DNA of 64,000 nucleotides from Octopus vulgaris. Taxonomy: Eukaryota. The notes beneath the pieces are model-generated. The model did no database searches. It was not told the origin of the DNA and saw only the letters and a list, made by a program, of their open reading frames with translations. The position numbers and the translations under genes are program-made. The DNA lies in the NCBI GenBank assembly GCA_951406725.2, contig OX597836.1, forward strand, positions 23,684,001 through 23,748,000. Reading direction: 5' to 3'. Of this stretch, positions 52,554 through 64,000 are shown one piece after another (positions within the stretch are counted from its first letter, which is position 1; every line of letters begins with the position of its first letter).

Positions 52554-52950
52554 GGCGCAGGAGTGGCTGTGTGGTAAGTAGCTTGCTAACCAACCACATG
52601 GTTCCGGGTTCAGTCCCACTGCGTGGCATCTTGGGCAAGTGTCTTCTGCTATAGCCCCGGGCCGACCAATGCCTTGTGAGTGGATTTGGTAGACGGAAAC
52701 TGAAAGAAGCCTGTCGTATATATGTATGTGTGTTTGTTTGTGTGTCTGTGTTTGTCCCCCTAACATTGTTTGACAACCGATGCTGGTGTGATTATGTCCC
52801 CGTTACTTAGCGGTTCGGCAAAAGAGACCGATAGAATAAGTACTGGGCTTACAAAAAGAATAAATCCCGGGGTCGAGTTGCTCGATTAAAGGCGGTGCTC
52901 CAGCATGGCCGCAGTCAAATGACTGAAACAAGTAAAAGAATAAAAGAGTA
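52554..52950 (+). mobile_element. SINE family A, full length (reference copy)
   Basis: A-box TGGCTGTGTGG 52564-52574, B-box GTTCAGTCCC ~52608-52617, internal microsatellite, tail GTAAAAGAATAAAAGAG. Confidence 0.92.
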
Positions 52951-53377
52951 TATATATATGTAATATATATATAAATATATATATATAGATAAATTTAATT
53001 AGAGGATATGTTAGCCTCGCGAAGGGATGGTTGAATCAAACGAAATACTGGTTCAATACCTATTATTTTTGAGGAATGAAATTCCCTTAAAATAATAGTT
53101 GTATGTTAAGCATATAGTTTATATCCATTTAAAGAAAGAAAAGAAAATATAGCTAATGAAATCAATAATTGTTTATTATTAACTAATTGGTCATCTTAGC
53201 CTCTTACAGCCGTTTCAAATGCTCAATAACTTGATTACAAATTTGCACATTAAATTTACATTTATGTGACATGAGTATAATTTCATCAGAGAAGAATGAA
53301 AGATGTACGTTTGGATGTTATATGTTACCTATCAAGTCATTTCAGCAGAGTAGTCTATCAATATATTTTATATATGC

Positions 53378-53409
<32 letters not shown>

Positions 53410-53436
53410 CTACATACAAATATATTCATATGTATA

Positions 53437-53483
<47 letters not shown>

Positions 53484-53696
53484 TAACGTAGGAAATATTC
53501 AATTACGCCAAACATATTTGTGGCAATAAAATCGCGAGTGATTGTGAGAAAACCCATAAATCTCCGTATATTGCTAATGACAGTTTTTTCCCATTTTCAT
53601 CTACATCTCTCTGTTTCACACCTATCTCATTTACACACACACACATACACACACACACACGCACACACACACACACACACACGCACACACACAATT

Positions 53697-54245
<549 letters not shown>

Positions 54246-54464
54246 ATATATAGTGACACACCTATATACAGTGACATGTGAATACAAGTATGCACAAATG
54301 CACAAATATATATATATGTATCCATGAATATTCAATCCGAAGTCCTTTAGAATAATGTATGAGAGTGACCGCAAGTGACCGCAAGGTAAAGCACATATGT
54401 AGGCATGTGTTTACGTCCGTATGTATGTATGTATGCATATATGTATGTATGTATGTATGTATGC

Positions 54465-54497
<33 letters not shown>

Positions 54498-54551
54498 TGT
54501 ATGTATGTATGTATGTATGTATGTATGTATGTATGTATGTATGTATGTATG

Positions 54552-54659
<108 letters not shown>

Positions 54660-54933
54660 GGTGAATGCATAACTGCTAGATGGAGTGAAGTGTGAAATAT
54701 GTTTATGAGTTTAAGTATTCATAGAGAAAATCAAATGTCTAAACATTATTATATAGTTGCAAACATAAACACACGTCCATACAGATGAACACGAACACAC
54801 ACGCGCACACACATACATATATCGAATTATGTACGCATACATATATATACATATACACATAGATATATACACACATATATACATATGAATATGTACTGGT
54901 TTATATTCACATGTACATATATATGTATGTATG

Positions 54934-55003
<70 letters not shown>

Positions 55004-55546
55004 CATAGATACATATATAGACACACATATAAACATAACTATGAAAATATGTATACATAAGGTATATATATGAACTTATTTACGTATACATTTATATGTA
55101 TAGACACAAACATATGTGAGTATACATACATTCATATATATATATATATATACATTATATATCTGTGTGTGCATGTATATATGTATATATATATATATAT
55201 AAAACTTACATACAAAAAGGCGGTGCTCCAGCATGACAGCAGTTAAATGACTGAAACGAGTAAAATAATAGTGAAGAACGAATATATAGTGCGTGTGTTT
55301 ATTAGAAAAAAAATGACCGTCCCGAAATATATCGTCTTGAAAATGTTTTGCGTACTTGTCCCAGTTTGTATTTTTTATACATACATACATATATATATAT
55401 ATATAATTATACAATCATATATATATATATATATATATATAATAAATATTAGCGAATAAATCCAAATTAACTGGGAAAAATCAGATTTAGGATTGAATCC
55501 AATTTTATAGTAAAATATTATATTATATTACATTGTCTCTAATGTA

Positions 55547-55624
<78 letters not shown>

Positions 55625-55822
55625 CCTATATATATCTCCCTATATATTTAGCTGTATACATGTCCATAATAAATATATAGGGTTTCATATATGTGCCTCC
55701 ACATATGTATGTATATATATATATATATATATATATGATCAGTGCGGAAATAATACCTTAATAGGTACATTTTACAAAATATTTTATAAATAATTATATA
55801 ATAATAAAATATATTGTAAAAT

Positions 55823-55873
<51 letters not shown>

Positions 55874-55944
55874 ACCTATGCCTATATATCTGCATATATC
55901 TTATGTTTATATTTATATATATATATATATGATTATTCAACGCC

Positions 55945-56300
55945 TTAAATTTTAGTCGAAGGAATCGACCCCACTACTTTTTTCATTCTACCGGTCTGTT
56001 TTTCATCGGTTTCCTTTTTATTCTATCGCTCACTTTTGCTGAACCACTACAGTACGGAGAAGTAAACACACAAATACCGGTTTGCAAGTGGTGATGGGGT
56101 GGGGGAAAAACCCATACACATAGATATATATACATATATATAGGACGTGCTTCTTTCGGTTTCTGTCTAACAAATCCACTCACAAGGCTTTGGTTGGCTC
56201 GTGAGTATATTAGAAGATATTTGCCCAGTGAGCCACGCAGTGGGAGTGAACCTGGGACCATATGGTTGAAAAGCAAGCTTCTTACCACACAGCCCCGCCT
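55945..56300 (-). mobile_element. SINE family A, diverged
   Basis: AAATCCACTCACAAGGCTTTGGT...CCACGCAGTGGGA...CTTACCACACAGCC. Confidence 0.8.
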
Positions 56301-56416
56301 ATCTATGTATGTATAACACACACGTTTAGGTATAAATGTATACATCCATGTGTATATATGTACAGATATTGATATATGCGCATATATACATGGGTGTGTG
56401 TGTGTGTTTGTGTGTG

Positions 56417-56572
<156 letters not shown>

Positions 56573-56759
56573 CATATATATTTTAAAGGTTATGAGGATT
56601 ACTTAATATAGTTTTCGAATTGTAAAGGTGATTTTTAAAAAAACAATTATCTATAAAAACAGATACGAAATCTGTTGAGGTTACTGACCTTTTTGGGGAC
56701 GAAATTTTTCTCCTAGCATGCGTGCGCTTTCGTTAAACCTTTTCAATATATATATATAC

Positions 56760-56834
<75 letters not shown>

Positions 56835-56895
56835 TATATATATATACATATACATACATATACATATACATATACAGACACACACACACACACAG

Positions 56896-56935
<40 letters not shown>

Positions 56936-57262
56936 GAATAATTGTATCGTATGAATATATGGGTGTAAATGTACACATTCATTCATAAGTGTGACCGTAC
57001 CTATCTATCTTTATTTATACATGCTTATATATTCCAATATATTCATAGATAATGCTATAATGCATTATATATATGTATATAGTAATATATGGATTAAATA
57101 TTAGGGTAAATAATATATCTATTTTATATATATATATATATTCATACATTTTATTATATGTATATTATATATATTATGCGCTATATATGCCAATATTCAC
57201 ATATGAAAATGGTGCTGATAAGTTAGACGTGGCCTGGGCTAAACATATCGAATTCATCTAAG

Positions 57263-57354
<92 letters not shown>

Positions 57355-57443
57355 TACATATACACACACACACATATATGTATATATATATATACATGTA
57401 TGTATGTATGTATGTATGTATGTATGTATGTATGTATGTATGC

Positions 57444-57474
<31 letters not shown>

Positions 57475-57557
57475 CACACAGGCATGTATATATATACATA
57501 TATAGTAATACATAGATATGTTTAAGTGCATACGCATATATATGTGTATATATATAA

Positions 57558-57601
<44 letters not shown>

Positions 57602-57681
57602 ATATCTGTCTATCCATATTTACATAATACATATATATATAATATATACATAGATATTTGTATGTGCCTACATACATACAT

Positions 57682-57716
<35 letters not shown>

Positions 57717-58279
57717 TGTATATATATATATATATATATATATACCGGAGTAAACACCTAAATGTGAAACAAGGTGGAAAAAAGAGTACTCAAATATATA
57801 GAGTTTACTATATAAATATATATACTCCGAGTAACAGGTTTTGCTGAATTTCTGCTGCTTTTAAATAAAGTATATATATATATATATATATTCTTTTGAC
57901 AAAAGGCCCGAAATGTTTGGGGAGAGGCGGCCAGTCGATTAGATCCACACTAGTACGCAACTGGTACTTAATTTATCGACCTTGCGCGTTTTTAGTAAAT
58001 CATTAATTATATTAATCTTTGACTACTTTCTCAATGGGGAAGTGCAATTAATTACTATAAGTCTATTTATCATACCATAAGTCTTTCTTCAATACGAACT
58101 GTAAAGTTTTGGGCGAAATTCTTCTTGCTGAGCACTTAAATGGAAGCTGAATCTTTGGGACACAGAAACACACATGAACATGGGTGACAACGTATACATA
58201 TATATTCATATACACACGGCTGCATTGTAAAAATTATATATATATATATAAATGTGTGTGTGTATACACATATATAAAT

Positions 58280-58338
<59 letters not shown>

Positions 58339-58467
58339 AGAATCATTTATCCTTTTTATAAATGTATACTCCAGCATGGTCGCAGTCAAGAGACCGAAAG
58401 AAGTAGAATAAAAGAATATATAATATGTATTTTTATGTATATGTACCTAAATATACATAATACATAC

Positions 58468-58516
<49 letters not shown>

Positions 58517-59101
58517 CACTATATTTATTAGCTAATAAGTGGCCGTCAGCCTCATTGTTATTGGATTTGTACATTTCTACCTGTAAATATCAATATAATT
58601 ACATGTATCAATACATGCGTATGCGTATGGGTGTCGGTGTGTGTGCGCGTATATGCGTGCGTGTGAGAATACCCTCATTCACCAATATTGATACACATAG
58701 CCACATGCAGATACGCATAAGCATACCAATTTATTTTTTATATATATACCTGTGTAACCACATATACATACACAGTTACATGCGTACCTGCTTACACACA
58801 CACACGCTTACATACACACACGCACACCCTACACACACACGCATACACACTCACATACACACTAACAAACACATACACACACACAGACACACACGAAGTT
58901 ATATATATGTTCTTATGTTTAGATATGATACAAATTTATATTAATCTGAAAGATTACTCCATACATTGTAGAGTACGAATTATCATTCCCTATTATAGTT
59001 TAGCTGGCGAAGCCCCGAAGTCATTGTCAAGACTATTCTTGTCAAAGAATAATAGATAAATGTATACATACATACATACATACATATCTGTATGCATGAG
59101 T

Positions 59102-59158
<57 letters not shown>

Positions 59159-59194
59159 TATTTGTGTACACACATTAAAACACACACTCCTGTT

Positions 59195-59242
<48 letters not shown>

Positions 59243-59481
59243 TAGATGAACCTAGAAAGGATTCGACCAATATAAGCTCAGGCCATTTGAACAGACAGAG
59301 CTTGTGATGTCATCTTTATGTCATCCTCATGCAATAATTTCAGAAAGATATTGACTGATGTGTATCCAGGTATATGTGATTTTCTGGATAGTCGTTGCAG
59401 AAATTAATCCAGGTAACCACAACCATCAAGCGTTACGTGGCCAAATTACACACATACAAACGCACACACACAGATACAAAG

Positions 59482-59513
<32 letters not shown>

Positions 59514-59542
59514 GTATATCAATATAGATATATATATATTTA

Positions 59543-59591
<49 letters not shown>

Positions 59592-59837
59592 TCAGATATG
59601 TATGTATATATATGTATATATATACATGTATATATGTATATATGTATGCGCATATATATATATATATACATACATGTATATATGTTTGTATGTATATATT
59701 TACATGGATATGTAAACGTATATGTGAATATATATATGTATATATTTCATATATATGTTTATATATATACATGTATATGCATATATATGCATACATACAT
59801 GTATATATATATATAGATAGATAAATATTTTTGTATG

Positions 59838-59868
<31 letters not shown>

Positions 59869-59932
59869 CTATGCATATATATATATATATGTATGCATAT
59901 ATATCTAGATATGCATGTATACATATTTATAC

Positions 59933-60013
<81 letters not shown>

Positions 60014-60059
60014 ATTTATGTGCGTATAATAATAAATTGATAAATATATAAATTACAAC

Positions 60060-60306
60060 TGTTTTCTTGTCGAGCCATTCCAATCGATAAGGTTCGTTTT
60101 CCCGGTTTACGTGGAGTACATATTTTCCACCTGCACGGGACGTCAGTCCATTGCAGGATTTACTCATTTTCGCCAGATGAATGGACTGGAACAACGTGAA
60201 ATGAAGTGTTTCGCTGAAGAACATAACGCGTCGCCTGGTCAAGAAATCGAATCTACAATCTCTTGATTATGTATCCAAAACCCTATCCACTAAACCACAC
60301 GCCTCC
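60060..60306 (-). mobile_element. SINE family D-related copy
   Basis: Reverse complement of GGAGGCGTGTGGTTTAGTGG head and CACTTCATTTCACGTTGTTCCAGTCCA domain. Confidence 0.7.
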
Positions 60307-60330
60307 ACACACACGCGAGCGCGCACATAC

Positions 60331-60390
<60 letters not shown>

Positions 60391-60572
60391 GTATATACAT
60401 ACACACACACATATATATGTATATATATATATGTATATATATATATATGTATATATAAATATATATATATATATATATGCATATATATGTATATATATGT
60501 AAATAAGTGCTCACACATATATAAATAAGCATATATTTATTTATATATATACATATATATATATACATATAA

Positions 60573-60627
<55 letters not shown>

Positions 60628-60907
60628 TGTATGTGTTGGATCACGTATGCATGAAACATACATGCATATATACTTATATGTGTGTGTGTGTGTGTGCGTG
60701 CGTGTGTGTTAGCGTGTGTGTGTGTATGTGTATAAGTAAGTAACAATTGATGGACAGGTGTCAATTTTTTGATTGAACAATCAAAACATATCATTATAAA
60801 AAAAAACGGTTTTCTTGAAATGAATTCCAACCTAAGCAGGTGTCTCACCTTTAAGTACCTTGTTCAACTGAATCTTGTGATATTAAAGCTCATCAATATA
60901 TCTACAT

Positions 60908-61385
60908 ATAAAGATAAATTAAATAGAGAGATATTGTTGATGATCCAATAATTTAATTATATTTCAATATTACATTAAATACTATGAATATAATATAACA
61001 TAATATTATGTAAGATAAACAATTATTTAAAAAACTGTAAAAAGCCAACATGTTGCTTCGAGTTATCTACATTTTCTGATATACATACACAATAACAGTT
61101 CCCTTGTATATATAAATGACTTGAGGGTCATGTTTTAAAGATAGACGAAAGTCCGTGTTAAAGGACGGCTGGATTGTAAAATACATACATATATATATGT
61201 ATGTATGTTTGTATGTATATCAGAAAATATATATAAAACGAAACAATTTGTTGGCTTTTTATGTTTTCTTTTTAATAATTGTTTATGTTACAAAATATTA
61301 TATTATATTCATAGCATATCACGTAACATTATAATATAAATAAATTATCGGATTGTCAATAGTATCTCTCTAATTTATCTTTGTA
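60908..61385. repeat. old diverged inverted repeat (arms ~60908-61090 and ~61209-61385)
   Basis: e.g. ATTTTCTGATATACATAC / GTATGTATATCAGAAAAT; AAAAAGCCAACA / TGTTGGCTTTTT; CTATGAATATAATATAA / TTATATTATATTCATAG. Confidence 0.75.
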
Positions 61386-61485
61386 ATTGCATTATACCCA
61401 TATTTATATGGTATTCAACTGCCGTACCAGTGAATTGGATGTTTAACACAGCCCTTTCAAGGATCTCCTTTCCTCAGTCTGTTAC

Positions 61486-61579
<94 letters not shown>

Positions 61580-61581
<2 letters not shown>

Positions 61582-61880
61582 GGCGCATGGCCTAGTGGTC
61601 ATGGTGTTGCACTCACGGTTTAGCGACCCTGAGTGGAATTCCATTACCGGGTGATGCGTTGTGTTCTTGAGCAGACCACTTCATCTCACGCTGGCCTGCG
61701 ATCACTTGGACACCTGACGCGCAGTACACTGTACACCTGTTCAAGTAACGTCGATTTGATGGAGAGAGTGATATAATGTGAGGCACGAACATTTGCTCAC
61801 TAGAAGCAAATCATTTGTGCAGGTCATTCGGCAAAAGCAGGACGCGCATACGTCGTCTTCGACGGGGGTGCCCACAGTAT
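61580..61880 (+). mobile_element. SINE family D, near full length
   Basis: GGCGCATGGCCTAGTGGTCA head; homologous to 3240-3472. Confidence 0.75.
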
Positions 61881-61965
61881 ATGTACGCACACACGCATAG
61901 ATGTATATATATGAAAAAAACAAGTCAAGATAGAAAATGCTAAAATAATTTTATAAAGAACATTT

Positions 61966-62002
61966 CAGTACCGGTCTCGGTCATTTGAGACCTTTTCAAC
62001 TG
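61966..62002 (-). ncRNA. hammerhead-like motif with U3:A8 covariation
   Basis: CAG UUGAAAA GGUC-UCAAAU-GACC GAGAC CG GUA CUG. Confidence 0.55.
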
Positions 62003-62134
62003 TAACAATTAAATAATTAAATTTAGAAAAAATTAAAAGAAAAGTTTTTTTTAAAAGAATATTTGTATAGTGTTCAAATATAAGTGGCGTTTTCCTTGTT
62101 TCTGCCTTTCTCTGTCTCTCTTGTTTACTTTGTG

Positions 62135-62168
<34 letters not shown>

Positions 62169-62437
62169 CACTAATATTTTCTGAGGAAGACTTTTGCTTT
62201 CATAAGCTGACAATTTTATCCTGATGTGCCCTTCCATGAGACAAAAATGTGGACTCCGATTATTGTGGTGTGTCTATAATTGGCCCTTCTGAAAATATCA
62301 GAGATTTCGTAGACGATCATGAAATGACGAGTCAGTAGAAATCATCGAACTTTTTAATAGTCATCGACGAAATTGACGGAAATTCATTGACCATGCAAAA
62401 AGGTGTCGATACATACTCGCTTGCGAGCTTGGTAAAT

Positions 62438-62665
62438 GGCGAGCTGGCAGAAACGTTAGCACGCCGGGCGAAATGCGTAGCCGCATTTCGTCTGCCGTTA
62501 CGTTCTGAGTTCAAATTCCGCCGAGGTCGACTTTGCCTTTCATCCTTTCGGGGTCGATTAAATAAGTACCAGTTACGCACTGGGGTCGATATAATCGACT
62601 TAATCCGTGTGTCTGTCCTTGTTTGTCCTCTCTGTGTTTAGCCCCTTGTGGGTAGTATAGAAATA
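62438..62665 (+). mobile_element. family B SINE short form with 7-bp TSD
   Basis: GGTAAAT at 62431-62437 and 62666-62672. Confidence 0.88.
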
Positions 62666-62883
62666 GGTAAATAAATATATTTCAAGTTTCATAATCAAAA
62701 TTTGGGAACACTAATAATCATACTTACATCATTCATATGTATAATTACATACATACGTACATACATACACACACATACATACATACACACACACATACAT
62801 ACATACATACACACATACATACATACATACATACATACACACATACATACATACACACATACATACATAGATACATACATACA

Positions 62884-62915
<32 letters not shown>

Positions 62916-62924
62916 GCCATATTA

Positions 62925-63478
62925 TTTTACGTTTCAGTCATAATCAACCTCAGGACTTATCCTTTGTAAGCCTGGTACTTATTATATCAGTCTATTTGCC
63001 GAACCGCTAAGTTACGGGAACATAAACACACCAGCATCGGTTGTCAAGCGATGGTGGGGAAACAAACATAGATACAAACACGCACGCACACACACACACA
63101 CACACACACCAACACACACACACACAAACACATATACATATGACCGGTTTCTTCAGTTTCCATCTGCCCAATCCATTCACAAGACTTTGGGAACACTAAT
63201 AATCATACTTACATCATTCATATGTATAATTACATACATACACACACACATACATACATACACACACATACATACACACATACACACACATACATACATA
63301 CACACATACATACATACACACATACACACATACATACATAGATACATACATACATACATACATACATACACACACACATACATACACACATACACACATA
63401 CATACACACATACATACACACATACATACACACATACATACATACATACATACATACATACATACATACATACATACA

Positions 63479-63510
<32 letters not shown>

Positions 63511-63612
63511 GCCAGGCTGTAGTTGAAGACACTCGCCCAAGATGCCACACAGTGGGACTGAAACTGGAACCATGTAGTTGGGAAGCAAGCTTTTTACCAC
63601 ACAGCCAGGCCT
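62925..63612 (-). mobile_element. SINE family A interrupted by a copy of its own flank
   Basis: SINE blocks at 62925-63190 and 63514-63612. Confidence 0.8.
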
Positions 63613-63626
63613 GACACACTCTCTCT

Positions 63627-63669
<43 letters not shown>

Positions 63670-64000
63670 TATGTGTGCACACACATATCCCAATATACAT
63701 GTATATGTGTATGTGTGCGTTTAAATATATATATCTTTATATTTACATCTTTACATGTATAGAATATGCGTGTACATACATATGGCTTTTTCTTTTTATT
63801 TTTTTGACTTGTTACAATCACCAGACTGCTGGCACCCTGGGACACCAGCTTGAAGAACTTTTTTTCCAACTTTTAGTCGACTGAATTGAAGTGCCACCTA
63901 ACGCCTCATTTAACTGGAGAGTCAACATGACCCGTTAAGGGAAATTCAGTTGCTTTTACATTACATTGATGCTTTCAGTATGAAACCACATCATCAGTAT

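Noticed and set aside
52554-52625. Possible tRNA genes (also 1101-1175, 26975-27045, 61580-61650)
   Set aside because: These are SINE heads that continue into a repeated SINE body; no complete cloverleaf

Overview
AT-rich, repeat-saturated eukaryotic non-coding DNA (intergenic or a large intron). The SINE families and very dense (TA)n/(CA)n/(TACA)n/(TATC)n microsatellites look most like an octopus/coleoid cephalopod genome; this is an inference. I found no convincing host gene, rRNA, intact tRNA or CRISPR array. Most ORF-track entries are microsatellite read-throughs or decayed transposon pieces. Recognisable content: about 30 tRNA-headed SINE copies of about 4 families, and decayed LINE fragments (RTE, CR1-like, Tx1/L1, HERO-like, R4/Dong-like). 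There is also a Penelope-like element (PLE) GIY-YIG fragment, Chapaev3-like and Tc1/mariner transposase remnants, MITEs and non-autonomous Helitrons. The most striking signal is a set of at least five mutually unrelated short elements, each carrying a minimal type-I hammerhead-ribozyme fold (CUGAnGA...GAAAC...GUH). They are arranged as near-perfect palindromes or direct repeats and usually sit in (TA)n tracts, consistent with a diverse population of PLE pseudo-LTR or retrozyme-like non-autonomous elements. Folds and alignments were made by eye, and element boundaries are approximate unless defined by a TSD or TIR.
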